This document shows, one piece after another, positions 16,999-26,766 of a stretch of DNA of 32,000 bases. The notes beneath the pieces were generated by a model that had not been told where the DNA came from, made no database searches, and saw nothing but the letters and a program-made list of their open reading frames with translations. Source of the DNA: Candidatus Heimdallarchaeota archaeon. GTDB taxonomy: Archaea; Asgardarchaeota; Heimdallarchaeia; Heimdallarchaeales; Kariarchaeaceae. The stretch spans positions 570,001 through 602,000 of the forward strand of contig JASBSB010000007.1 of the NCBI GenBank assembly GCA_030149205.1, given 5' to 3'. The position numbers were made by a program, and so were the translations under genes. Each line of letters starts with the position of its first letter. Position 1 is the stretch's first letter.

Positions 16999-17949
16999 TT
17001 AGCCATTATACGCTGAGCTAAGGTCTGAAATTATAAATTTATTCATCCTAAGAAATGCCTCTGTTACTCTCTTTCGCTGGTCTGCCGTGCCTTCTGACAG
17101 ATATTGATCTAATAGCCTTGGGATAATTTGCCAAGTTACACCATACTTATCATGGATCCAACCACATTGACTTGGTGTACCTCCTTCACTAAGTCTTTCC
17201 CAGTAGAAATCTATCTCCTCTTGACTGTCACAGTATATCATGTGTGAGGTAGCAACAGAAAAATCAAACTTTGGATTTCCATTGATTAATACCATTGGAA
17301 ACTCCTTTATTGTGAGGTTGATTGATATTGCTTTGCCCTTTTGGTCTGCATCTGTGGCCTCTTCTCGATTAACAGAATTAATCCTTGAGTTCCTGAAAAT
17401 TGAAAGATAAAAGTTTGCAGCTTCCTCAGCCTCAGATTTGAACCAGAGGCAGGGGATTATTCGATCGGTTTTTGGGATCAATTCCAGTTCTAGTAATCGG
17501 TTCAGAGATTCATTAAAGCCATCTGCCATCCCTGTGTTTAACATTCCATCACGTGATTCTTTGCTTTTATGAGTGGATAAAGTTCTTATCTTAGTACTTT
17601 CAGGACTTATCTCAATAAATTCGATTGTCTCGGTAACCTCATCATCAGGAAATGGTTCATAGTTGAAGGTCCAAGTTATCTTGTTGATGGGATCGATCTC
17701 TTTAAATTCTCCAAAGAAGACATGTTTCTCCCCGCTCGGTTCAATGTTTATAAATTTCCAATTTCCACCTTTTTTGACCTCCATCTGTTCGACAACTGTC
17801 TCCATCCTTTTCGGGCCCCACCAGTGTTGTATTCCTTTTGGGTCTAGGTAGAGGTAAAACAGTTTGTATCGAGGTATATCTAACACCCTTTCCATTATGA
17901 TCTGTGTGTCTGTCGGGGTGGAAACCTTTAATGAGTTATGAGATTCCAT
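16999..17949 (-). CDS. SRPBCC (AHSA1-like)-VOC (PhnB/3-dmu-9-MT-like) fusion protein
   Basis: N-half: IMERVL...WWGPK...GGNWKF...GW/GF-type terminal helix. C-half: IIPCLWF...AEEAANFY...QCGWIHDKYGVTWQI. ATG 17949 after AGGTGA. Confidence 0.85.
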   Translation of the reverse strand: MESHNSLKVSTPTDTQIIMERVLDIPRYKLFYLYLDPKGIQHWWGPKRMETVVEQMEVKKGGNWKFINIEPSGEKHVFFGEFKEIDPINKITWTFNYEPFPDDEVTETIEFIEISPESTKIRTLSTHKSKESRDGMLNTGMADGFNESLNRLLELELIPKTDRIIPCLWFKSEAEEAANFYLSIFRNSRINSVNREEATDADQKGKAISINLTIKEFPMVLINGNPKFDFSVATSHMIYCDSQEEIDFYWERLSEGGTPSQCGWIHDKYGVTWQIIPRLLDQYLSEGTADQRKRVTEAFLRMNKFIISDLSSAYNG

Positions 17950-18217
17950 GTAGCTATTCACCTATGCACTTCATTGTTACAGAAAAAGTAGTAATTCTCG
18001 AAGATGCAATAAAATATTAGTGAATGTCTATTTAAACCTTTATAGCAGGATTAAAACTGAATCTGGACACATTGATGTTATTTGTTCCAACATTATTCAG
18101 GTGCCATTAATTTTAGTCTTGATTATAAATTGAAATAGGAAGAGAATAAATTAATACTTCTTTTGGTAGAGATAGAGACCTTTGTTTAATATTATGTAAC
18201 TATCCCTCAGGAGAGCA

Positions 18218-18253
18218 ATGTTAAAATCACAAAAAGTCATGAAACAGCGATAA
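18218..18253 (+). CDS. Possible 11-aa upstream ORF MLKSQKVMKQR ahead of the LysW operon
   Basis: CAGGAG 4 nt before the ATG; 3 Lys and 1 Arg codons; stop 58 nt before lysW. Weak evidence. Confidence 0.25.
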   Translation: MLKSQKVMKQR

Positions 18254-18311
18254 AACATATTGTAATAATAATAACATACAGTTTTAATAATAACTTATTG
18301 CTTGAAGAATC

Positions 18312-18521
18312 ATGCAAACACAAGTAAGTGAACAACTAAACGAAATCAATCAATTAATCTTTATCTGCACAGTATGTGACGCTGAGAATGACCTCGAACA
18401 GAGCACAGAAATCAACGAAATTGTTGAATGTATGGATTGTGCAACTGAATTTGAGGTAATCTCATTAGAGCCAATTCAAGTGGTTGAATTAGAACTTTCT
18501 GACGAGGATTGGGGACAGTAA
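18312..18521 (+). CDS. lysW: Amino-group carrier protein LysW with an atypical C-terminal Gln
   Basis: CTVC...CMDC zinc-ribbon pairs, acidic composition, C-terminus GAC GAG GAT TGG GGA CAG TAA = DEDWGQ. Confidence 0.92.
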   Translation: MQTQVSEQLNEINQLIFICTVCDAENDLEQSTEINEIVECMDCATEFEVISLEPIQVVELELSDEDWGQ

Positions 18522-18546
18522 TTCCTTCGGAAGCGAGTTATCCAAA

Positions 18547-19410
18547 ATGAACATTGGATTCATTCATTCCTTAATCAGACCAGAAGAAAAACTACTCCTA
18601 AAAGAATTCGACCGTAAAGGTGTTTCGCCAATAAGAATAGATTCAAGAACCTTTCAGTTTGATTCATCGGCTACAAACATCCAATCAAATGATCTCATCC
18701 TGGAGAAAAATCATTTGGACTCGGTTTTTAATCGATCTTTAAGTTACTCTCAAAGCCTTCAAACCTTGAGGATTTTTGAGAGTCTTGCAGTACATACAAT
18801 GAATTCTTCTGAGGTTTTAGAAAATTGTGGGGATAAGATAAAAACCAGTCTAGCCTTAAAAAATGTACCACAACCTGAATTTGGCGTGGCTTTCTCCATG
18901 GAGGGTGCACTGTCACTAATTGAGCAGATGGGGTATCCTGTGGTTTTAAAGCCAGTTATAGGTTCCTGGGGAAGATTATTATCTAAGATAAATGATAGAG
19001 ATGCCGCAGAATCAGTGTTGGAACACAAATTTACATTGGGAAACTATACACATTCAGTAATTTACGTACAAAAATTTGTGGAAAAAGGAGGGCGAGACAT
19101 TAGAAGCTTTGTTGTTGGGGATGAATGTATTGCTGCAATTTACCGAGACAGTCCTCATTGGATAACTAACACAGCGAGAGGTGGAACAGCCAGCAACTGC
19201 CCTGTGACTGAAGAAATCAAAGAACTGTCGCTAGCCGCAGCAAAGGCAGTTGGAGGGGGTATAGTTGCTATTGACCTCTTTGAATCCCCACAGGGTCTTT
19301 TGGTAAATGAGGTTAATGGAACAATGGAGTTTAAGAACAGTATTCAAACCACTGGTGTGAACATTCCAGAGAAGATCGTTGAATTTTATGTTAATGAGGT
19401 TAGAATGTAA
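18547..19410 (+). CDS. lysX: LysW-alpha-aminoadipate (or glutamate) ligase, RimK/ATP-grasp family
   Basis: [45 protein letters not shown]; the [13 protein letters not shown] motifs match the LysX type as I recall it. Confidence 0.93.
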   Translation: MNIGFIHSLIRPEEKLLLKEFDRKGVSPIRIDSRTFQFDSSATNIQSNDLILEKNHLDSVFNRSLSYSQSLQTLRIFESLAVHTMNSSEVLENCGDKIKTSLALKNVPQPEFGVAFSMEGALSLIEQMGYPVVLKPVIGSWGRLLSKINDRDAAESVLEHKFTLGNYTHSVIYVQKFVEKGGRDIRSFVVGDECIAAIYRDSPHWITNTARGGTASNCPVTEEIKELSLAAAKAVGGGIVAIDLFESPQGLLVNEVNGTMEFKNSIQTTGVNIPEKIVEFYVNEVRM

Positions 19411-20447
19411 TGGTTGAAGTCAGTATAATTGGAGGGTCTGGATTTGTAGGTGGTGAGCTCTTAAGATTGCTACTTTTTCATCCAGAGGTAACAGTAAAAC
19501 AGGTTACCTCTGAGACTCACAAAGGGAAATTTGTGAAGTCCATACGTCCACACCTTCGACAGGTAACTGATATAAAATTTAGTTCTGTGGCTAATTTACA
19601 GTCATGTGACACTATATTTCTTGCTTTGCCCCATGGAAGGTCTTTTGGACTGATACAACATGTAATTGAAAGCTGCAACAATGTGATTGACCTGAGTGCT
19701 GACTATAGATTAAGATCAGAGAAGGAGTATGAAAGATGGTATGGTGAAAAACATCTATTTCCTGAGCTTTTGAGACGTTTTGTTTATGGTATCCCAGAGC
19801 TGTACAGAAAGGACATGTCTAAATCAAATCTGGTTTCTAGCGCAGGGTGTAACGCCACAGCTTCAATTTTGGCACTTCACCCTATTTTTCAAGAAATTGG
19901 AGACCAAGTAAGAGATGTTGTGATTGATGTAAAGGTGGGAAGTTCTGAGGGTGGTAAATCTTATAATCAGGCAAGCCATCATCCCATCAGGGCAGGTTCC
20001 CTAAGGAGTTATAAGCCAGTGATGCATCGACATTCTGCAGAAATTAATCAGGAGTTATTTTCTACTGATAGATCAGTTTATTTTTCTGCTACGTCCACTA
20101 ACATCGTAAGAGGATTATTAGCAACAAGTCAGGTGTTATTAGAAGATTCAGTCTCTGAAAAAGATGTTTGGAAGATGTTTCGTAAACATTACTCTTCAGA
20201 ACCTTTTATTCGTCTTGTGAATGATAAACAAGGATTGTTCCGTTATCCAGACCCAAAAACACTAGCAGGAAGCAACTTCTGTGATATTGGGTTTGCGAGT
20301 GATCCTGATAATAACAGATTAGTTGTTATCAGTGCCATTGATAACCTCATGAAGGGTGCAGCTGGTCAAGCTGTTCAGGCTTTCAATATTATGCACTCTT
20401 ACGATGAGGTCACTGGTCTGCAATTTCCGGGTTTATATCCTGTGTAG
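19410..20447 (+). CDS. lysY: [LysW]-aminoadipyl/glutamyl-phosphate reductase (ArgC family)
   Basis: GGSGFVGGELLRLL, LALPHG, DLSADYRL, GCNATA (catalytic Cys), IDNLMKGAAGQAVQ. Confidence 0.93.
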   Translation: MVEVSIIGGSGFVGGELLRLLLFHPEVTVKQVTSETHKGKFVKSIRPHLRQVTDIKFSSVANLQSCDTIFLALPHGRSFGLIQHVIESCNNVIDLSADYRLRSEKEYERWYGEKHLFPELLRRFVYGIPELYRKDMSKSNLVSSAGCNATASILALHPIFQEIGDQVRDVVIDVKVGSSEGGKSYNQASHHPIRAGSLRSYKPVMHRHSAEINQELFSTDRSVYFSATSTNIVRGLLATSQVLLEDSVSEKDVWKMFRKHYSSEPFIRLVNDKQGLFRYPDPKTLAGSNFCDIGFASDPDNNRLVVISAIDNLMKGAAGQAVQAFNIMHSYDEVTGLQFPGLYPV

Positions 20448-20456
20448 GGTTTTCTT

Positions 20457-21107
20457 ATGTGTAGACTGTTAAGTTTTATTGCATCAGATTTGATAGATCC
20501 CAGCAAGATTCTAGAGGATTTTGCAAGGGCATGCTCAATCAGTAAAGAGTATCAGGGGCATGGGTGGGGTATATCATATCTTGATACAGAATCGGGGGAA
20601 TGGAAACTTCGTAAGGAGATCAATCCCATATGGGAATCGAACTTTGGGGTGATTCCCCCAACCAACCAGTTTTTCGTTCATGCAAGATCTGCTTTTAAGG
20701 ATGAAGGAATAACCATTGAAAACAATATGCCGTTTGAGGATGAGAATTATATTTTCATCTTTAACGGTGAGCTTAGAGGGGTTAAACTCAATGTGGAAGG
20801 TAGAATAGGTGCAGAGAAGCTCTTTAATTTCATGAAGAAATTTTTCTATCTAGGTGTTGAGGAGGGGATAAGAAAAGCAATGGGGATAGTTAACAAGCGA
20901 ACTCAATACATAAGAGGCAGCAACTTTATGATTTATGACAAGAATACACAAACTCTGTATATTAATTCTAAATTTAATGAAGATTCTGAATATTTTTCAT
21001 TGGAAAGACTAGATATAGAAGGTGGTTTCATCATCTCATCTTTGAAATTTACTGATGGTGATTGGTCTTCCCTGCCAAATAATTCTCTGGAGGTAATCCC
21101 ATGTTAA
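20457..21107 (+). CDS. Class II glutamine amidotransferase-like Ntn hydrolase (EgtC/YafJ/Dug3-like)
   Basis: N-terminal MCR (Cys nucleophile after Met removal), GHGWG, HARSA, ENNMPF, FNGEL; no synthetase domain; overlaps the lysZ start by 7 nt. Confidence 0.85.
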   Translation: MCRLLSFIASDLIDPSKILEDFARACSISKEYQGHGWGISYLDTESGEWKLRKEINPIWESNFGVIPPTNQFFVHARSAFKDEGITIENNMPFEDENYIFIFNGELRGVKLNVEGRIGAEKLFNFMKKFFYLGVEEGIRKAMGIVNKRTQYIRGSNFMIYDKNTQTLYINSKFNEDSEYFSLERLDIEGGFIISSLKFTDGDWSSLPNNSLEVIPC

Positions 21108-23110
21108 TTCTAAAGGTAGGTGGGGGATCTCAGATAAACTTTGAGGAGATCATTCTTGACCTTCATTCCATAGATGAAGAGGTAATTGTTGTCTTAGGTG
21201 CAAACTCGACTCGTTCCAAATTAGCAGAGCTTCAGAACCTAAATCTGGAGACTGTGACGTCTGTCAGCGGTGTCTCTAGTGTTTTAACAACCCCATCTGT
21301 AGTTGATATAATCATGCAATCTTATGCTGGACTTCAAAGTCAGTTGTTTGTCGAGAAATGTCAGCAAAACGGAATCAATGCAATTAGTCTTTCTGGATTG
21401 GATGGAGGACTGATAAAAGGAAAGAAAAACAAAGGGATCAAGGTAGTTATTAATGGAAAGAAAAAGGTTATAAGAGATTTATCTGGTAAACCTGACACGC
21501 TAAATGTCGACCTACTGACGACTCTAATCGATAAAAAGTTTGTTCCCGTAATTACTATTCCCATTATGGGTGAAAATGGAGAGGCATTAAACACAGAAAA
21601 TGATGATATTGTTAGCCTCCTACAAAGAGAACTGTCAGCAGAAAGAGTAATTCACCTCATAGAAGCCCCAGGGATTCTTCAGGACCCTGAAAATGAGGAG
21701 TCTATGCTAACGAATATTAGCCTCATTGAATTGGAGGTGCTGATTTCAACATCCGCTGGGAGATTTAAGCGGAAGCTTTTGTCACTTCAGACCTTAATAA
21801 AACAAAACTGTGAGCAGATTTATATCGGGGACGGGAGAGTCAAGAATCCAATCCAGAAGTGTTTAAATGGTGAATTCACTAAAATTGTTAATACTAATAT
21901 CGAGAAGACAAAAGATTCAGTCGAATGGATAGAACTAGAGGAGAAATATGCCCTTGGTGTATTTCCAAAGCGTAGGGTTGTGATTGAAAGGGGAAAAGGT
22001 GCCAAGGTCTGGGACACTGATGGAAATGAGTATATTGATTGTGTCGGTGGTTGGGGCGTATCGATCTTGGGGCATTCAAATCCTAAAATTGCTGATGTGA
22101 TAAGTACACAATCTAGAAAAATAATTACAGTTCCTTCTTCATTTTACAACCGGACGAGAGCTGAGTTGATGAAAAAACTTGTGGAGATATCTCCAATGGG
22201 GTTGGATCATGTGTTTTTAACTAACTCAGGAACTGAAAGCGTTGAAGCAGCGCTAAAATTTTCAATGATATCTACAGGGCGTGATAAATTCATATCAGCA
22301 GTTAAAGGATTTCATGGTAGGTCATTGGGATCATTATCTGTTACTCACAAGATGAAGTATCGAGAGCCCTTTATGAGTTATTTAAACTCTGATAAGGTGA
22401 CATTTGTTCCATTTAACAGAGAGGACAAGATTCTCCCACTGATAACAAATGAAATAGCGGCAGTTATACTAGAGGTTATTCAGGGTGAAGGGGGAGTGAA
22501 TATTGGAGACGCATCCTATTTTCAGGCAGTGGAGGCAAAATGTCATGAAACAGGAACACTTTTGATAATTGATGAGGTTCAAACAGGTTTCTGTAGAACT
22601 GGCTCAATGTTTGCTACTGACTTAGTTAACATCACTCCTGACATTTTATGTCTTGCAAAAGCAATAGCAGGTGGAGTTCCTATGGGTGCGGTTCTTACGA
22701 ATGATAAGGTGAAAGTATCTGTGGGAAGTCATGGAACTACTTTTGGTGGAAACCCCTTGGCTTGTGCTGTGGCCCTAGAATCTATAAACATTTTAATCAG
22801 TGAAAACATAGCCGAACAGGCAAAAACCAAAGGAAATACGTTTTATCAACTGCTTTCCTCAAGTATCACAGGTTCGAATTTAAAGATCGTAAAAAACATA
22901 AGAAACATGGGGTTAATGATTGGAATAGATTTAAGAAGACCAGTTAAGTCGATAATTGATGCTTTGGATGCACGTGGTGTTCTTACAATGCCTGCTGGTA
23001 CAACAACTTTAAGGTTATTACCACCGGCTGTTATTACTGAAGATGAAATACATCAAGTTGTCGAAGAGATAATTTCTGTTTTAAGAATGACAGATAAAAA
23101 TTCATTATAA
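21101..23110 (+). CDS. lysZ/lysJ: LysZ-LysJ fusion: [LysW]-aminoadipate/glutamate kinase plus class III PLP aminotransferase
   Basis: About aa 1-265 amino-acid kinase (ILKVGGG, SGLDGGLI, LNTEND). From about aa 277, aminotransferase (RGKGAKVWDTDGNEYID, NSGTESVEAA, FHGRSLG, DEVQTGF, LAKAIAGG, HGTTFGGNP). One 669-aa ORF. Confidence 0.93.
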   Translation: MLILKVGGGSQINFEEIILDLHSIDEEVIVVLGANSTRSKLAELQNLNLETVTSVSGVSSVLTTPSVVDIIMQSYAGLQSQLFVEKCQQNGINAISLSGLDGGLIKGKKNKGIKVVINGKKKVIRDLSGKPDTLNVDLLTTLIDKKFVPVITIPIMGENGEALNTENDDIVSLLQRELSAERVIHLIEAPGILQDPENEESMLTNISLIELEVLISTSAGRFKRKLLSLQTLIKQNCEQIYIGDGRVKNPIQKCLNGEFTKIVNTNIEKTKDSVEWIELEEKYALGVFPKRRVVIERGKGAKVWDTDGNEYIDCVGGWGVSILGHSNPKIADVISTQSRKIITVPSSFYNRTRAELMKKLVEISPMGLDHVFLTNSGTESVEAALKFSMISTGRDKFISAVKGFHGRSLGSLSVTHKMKYREPFMSYLNSDKVTFVPFNREDKILPLITNEIAAVILEVIQGEGGVNIGDASYFQAVEAKCHETGTLLIIDEVQTGFCRTGSMFATDLVNITPDILCLAKAIAGGVPMGAVLTNDKVKVSVGSHGTTFGGNPLACAVALESINILISENIAEQAKTKGNTFYQLLSSSITGSNLKIVKNIRNMGLMIGIDLRRPVKSIIDALDARGVLTMPAGTTTLRLLPPAVITEDEIHQVVEEIISVLRMTDKNSL

Positions 23111-23155
23111 TATTAAACGTAACTCAAAACACTTTAAAATTACTAAAAAAACACA

Positions 23156-25591
23156 ATGTTGATTGTGAGTAAGTCCAGCAAAATTTTAAAAGGCATTCTG
23201 ATTATGGTGCTCTTGATAACCACTCCACTTGCGGGAATCTATATTGGTGTGAAAAACACATCTGACCACTTCTACACGAATATGAAATTTCCACAATTAT
23301 CTAAGGCAGTCACTGTTTCTAGAGATAGCAAAGGAGTTCCAACAATATCTGGATCAAATCTTAATGATGTTCTCTTCGTTCAGGGATATGAGATTGCCAG
23401 GGATCGGTTATGGCAGTTGGAATTTTACCGGAGTCTTTCGAATGGGGAACTTTCAAGGATTCTTGGGCCATCTCTTCTTGAGACTGACAAATTCATTCAT
23501 AACATCCTGATTCCAAACGCAAACGAGTACAATGCTGCGCATATCAACTCAACACTTCGATCAATGGTAGAAAGTTATATTGACGGAATTAACAAATTTA
23601 TTTTGGGTCATTTAGACTCTCTTCCATTAGAATTCCAGTTACTTGGGGTAAAGCCCAAACTCTGGCAGGTGAAGGATGTGTTTGGAATGCAAAGTGCAAT
23701 GGCCCTAAATTTTGCATTTGGAGGGTTATCCACAGAGTTACTAAGACAGGACACCATAAAGAAAGTTGGAGTGAAAAAGATGTTAGAGCTATTTCCGGTG
23801 CTGTATCCACCCGCAAGAAAATATTTGTTAAGTCTCAATCACACAACACCATTGCCATATATCAATTCCAAGTTTAATCTAAACAAAATAAAGAGAGCTC
23901 TTTATGGGACAGGATTTTCTTCACAGTTGTTTGCCTCCAATAATTGGGTTGTTTCAGGTGCTAAAACAGTATCGGGACATCCCCTTATATCGAACGACCC
24001 TCACCTTGGACTTGCTGTCCCTGGACTTTGGTATCAGGTAAATCTTGAGACTCCAGAATTTCATGCACAAGGTTTTACGCTTCCAGGAACTCCGTTTGTA
24101 ATTCTTGGACACAATAGGTATGTTGCTTGGGGAGCGACTTCAGGGTTGACCGATGTTGTTGATTTGTATTATCTCAATCAGAATGGTACACATTATTTGG
24201 TCAACAACTCAACTTGGAAGCCATTTCAACTCTTAAAAGAGTATATCCCTCAAAAGGATGGTTCAAATGTTACTGTAGAAATTAAACTCACAGATTTTGG
24301 CCCAATGATGAATCTAACTCAGGGATATTATGCTTTTCAGTGGGTAAACAATATGAAGTATTCCAATAACCAGATCTTTCGGTCAATCTATGATCTGAAC
24401 ACAGCAAAAAGTGTGCAAGACGCACATAATGCACTCAGGTATTTTGAGGTTCCTGGGTTAAATTTTGTTTTGGCAGACGTTCAAAACAACATCGCCTATC
24501 AGTTTGTCGGGAAACTGCCCACAAGGAAAACAGGATTTGGATTGATACCACACAACGGGAGCAACGGTCAGTTTTATTGGAACGGTACGATTCCATACTC
24601 TGAAAACTACTATGTCTTGAATCCATCTTCTCACTTTTTCGCAACAGCAAACGAAAGAGTAGATCCGCGAGAGAAATTTTACATATCTGAGGCATTTGCA
24701 TTAAAATATAGGGACGCTAGGATCTCAGAAGTTTTGGCGAACTTTACTGATTTTAAAACAGATAATCTAGGGAAGTTTACAGTGAATGATATGATGCGAC
24801 TACAAGCTGATGTAAAAACCTTGGTCGCTCAGGATTTGCTTTTGCCAGTGCTCCCATATTTTAATGGACAGATTTCCAAATTAAATAACTCTAATGTCAT
24901 CCAATCAATTAAATTGCTTGACTCTTGGAATCTTCGAATGGACAAAAATCAGATTGCACCAACCATCTTTACAACGTATCGTCTCTTCTATACTCAAATG
25001 ACCTTTTTAGATGATGTTGGACAGGAGATAACCAACGCCCTCTCATACTCAGGTATTCGAGTAATAGCAAATCTGTTAAAGACGAACATTAACAGTCCTT
25101 GGTTTGATATAAATGGAACGAAGAAGAAGGAAAACGGGTATGACATTGCTCTGTTAAGCTTAGAAAAAGCAGTTCAGTATCTTGAGACCCGGTTAGGTAA
25201 GAATATGAATGGATGGAAATGGGGGAGTATTCATCAAACCTACTTTAAACACCCTTTGTCCTCTGTTCCAGAGTTATCCTTTTTGAATATTGGTCCACAG
25301 CCCTCAAACGGTTCTGTTTTTACGGTAAATGCAATATATGGACCGACCTATCATAACGGGAAAATCACCTACAGTGATAACTATGGGCCATCGTTTAGAT
25401 TTTCATTTGAGGTTGAACCGACTTGGAGTAAAACTTATGGGATTTACGCACCTGGGTCGAATGGAGTTTATCTGGATCCAAACTATTCCAGTGGATACAA
25501 TAATTGGTTAAATTTCAAGTATTCTCATTGGACTTTTTCAGCAACTGAAGCACAAAAATCTGCACAATTTATCTATGTTTATTCTCCTTAA
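23156..25591 (+). CDS. Penicillin acylase family (S45) Ntn hydrolase with an N-terminal signal anchor
   Basis: RDSKGVPTI, ARDRLWQLE, SNNW nucleophile, NDPHL, GHN, NFVLAD. Confidence 0.92.
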   Translation: MLIVSKSSKILKGILIMVLLITTPLAGIYIGVKNTSDHFYTNMKFPQLSKAVTVSRDSKGVPTISGSNLNDVLFVQGYEIARDRLWQLEFYRSLSNGELSRILGPSLLETDKFIHNILIPNANEYNAAHINSTLRSMVESYIDGINKFILGHLDSLPLEFQLLGVKPKLWQVKDVFGMQSAMALNFAFGGLSTELLRQDTIKKVGVKKMLELFPVLYPPARKYLLSLNHTTPLPYINSKFNLNKIKRALYGTGFSSQLFASNNWVVSGAKTVSGHPLISNDPHLGLAVPGLWYQVNLETPEFHAQGFTLPGTPFVILGHNRYVAWGATSGLTDVVDLYYLNQNGTHYLVNNSTWKPFQLLKEYIPQKDGSNVTVEIKLTDFGPMMNLTQGYYAFQWVNNMKYSNNQIFRSIYDLNTAKSVQDAHNALRYFEVPGLNFVLADVQNNIAYQFVGKLPTRKTGFGLIPHNGSNGQFYWNGTIPYSENYYVLNPSSHFFATANERVDPREKFYISEAFALKYRDARISEVLANFTDFKTDNLGKFTVNDMMRLQADVKTLVAQDLLLPVLPYFNGQISKLNNSNVIQSIKLLDSWNLRMDKNQIAPTIFTTYRLFYTQMTFLDDVGQEITNALSYSGIRVIANLLKTNINSPWFDINGTKKKENGYDIALLSLEKAVQYLETRLGKNMNGWKWGSIHQTYFKHPLSSVPELSFLNIGPQPSNGSVFTVNAIYGPTYHNGKITYSDNYGPSFRFSFEVEPTWSKTYGIYAPGSNGVYLDPNYSSGYNNWLNFKYSHWTFSATEAQKSAQFIYVYSP

Positions 25592-26766
25592 AAGGACTCA
25601 TTGATGTCAACATCAATAGGTGTAAACATATTCGAGATGGTCATCTCAGTCTTTTCATCAAGCTTTGACCAACCCATTAATCTAAATCTTTCAAAGTTAT
25701 ATCTAGAATAAATGATTTCTGTTAAAGCACGTATGTTTAGTTTCTGACCCTTTTCATTTGATGGAGTTACAGATAGCCTTCCATCCTTTCCTTCAAACTT
25801 CCAAGTCGAGTTGTTGTTTTCTATCCATTCGTCTTCAATCTCAAGGATAACTGAACCGTTTGTCGCTTCAATCCCATTCAAACCTCTTACATCAATTATT
25901 CGTGCCATTGGGGAAGGTACCCAGTCACGTGTCTTTGATTGTGCTTTTAAATCGGGTAACCATGATTCCACCTGTTCTTTTCTTGAGGTTTGAAATTTTA
26001 TGCTCAACACCTGATCTTTATGAGCCTCCATCCACTTTAAAATTGCATATCTACCAACCTCATTAAGAAAGGTAAGTTCTCTCACCTTCATTTCTCCCTC
26101 AAATCCTGTCATCTTGTAATTAACCCAGGCGATTGTTTTGTTATATTCATCTCGAATTGAGAGTGCCCAATAATCTTTAAACGTGTAATGGTCATATCTT
26201 GACCGGTTAAACTTTGCAGCTCCATATAATGTTTCAACTAGATTAGATTTATAATCATAATATTGTTCTAAAACATCAACTAACCTATCCCTTGAGTAAA
26301 TTATACCTTTTGGTAGCTGAATATCCTTAGTTTTGATGTTTCTGGGATTTACCTCCACCTCTTGTATCTGAGGAAGGTTTACATATCCAAATTTCCGATA
26401 AAAACTTTCCCGAAATGGGTATAATGCACTAACATACTGTGAGTTTTTCAACATCTTAGACAATAAGTGCTCCATCAATGCTGTTACATACCCCTTGTTT
26501 CTATGCTCAGGGTTAGTGGCAACACCTGCAACACCACCCATAGGGATGACTTTACCCCTTACATTCTGATCTAAGGGGACTATCGTTCCTGTGGTGACAA
26601 CTTCATTTCCTTTCCAAATCAAAAAAATCTCATCTTCTGTTGTCTCTAAAAATTTCTTTCTATCCTCAGAAATCATTACAGGAGAGGGGGCGAATGCATA
26701 TGTTGTCATCTCCGCTGCAATTAGTTTTTCCTTCATAGTCTTAGCAGGTTTAATCTGAATTGTCAT
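25588..26766 (-). CDS. Eis-like GNAT acetyltransferase
   Basis: GGVAGVATNPEHRNKGY, ALYPF, FYRKFGY; second GNAT domain and an SCP2-like tail. Confidence 0.87.
   Translation of the reverse strand: MTIQIKPAKTMKEKLIAAEMTTYAFAPSPVMISEDRKKFLETTEDEIFLIWKGNEVVTTGTIVPLDQNVRGKVIPMGGVAGVATNPEHRNKGYVTALMEHLLSKMLKNSQYVSALYPFRESFYRKFGYVNLPQIQEVEVNPRNIKTKDIQLPKGIIYSRDRLVDVLEQYYDYKSNLVETLYGAAKFNRSRYDHYTFKDYWALSIRDEYNKTIAWVNYKMTGFEGEMKVRELTFLNEVGRYAILKWMEAHKDQVLSIKFQTSRKEQVESWLPDLKAQSKTRDWVPSPMARIIDVRGLNGIEATNGSVILEIEDEWIENNNSTWKFEGKDGRLSVTPSNEKGQKLNIRALTEIIYSRYNFERFRLMGWSKLDEKTEMTISNMFTPIDVDINESF

Noticed and set aside
18263-18294. TAATAATAAC direct repeat (18266 and 18285) before lysW as an operator
   Set aside because: Low-complexity AT sequence in an AT-rich spacer; not distinguishable from chance.
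23156-25591. Penicillin acylase family gene right after lysZ/J as the LysK substitute
   Set aside because: It has an N-terminal signal anchor and many N-x-S/T sequons, so it is probably extracellular and cannot reach cytoplasmic LysW. An AT-rich gap before it could hold its own promoter.
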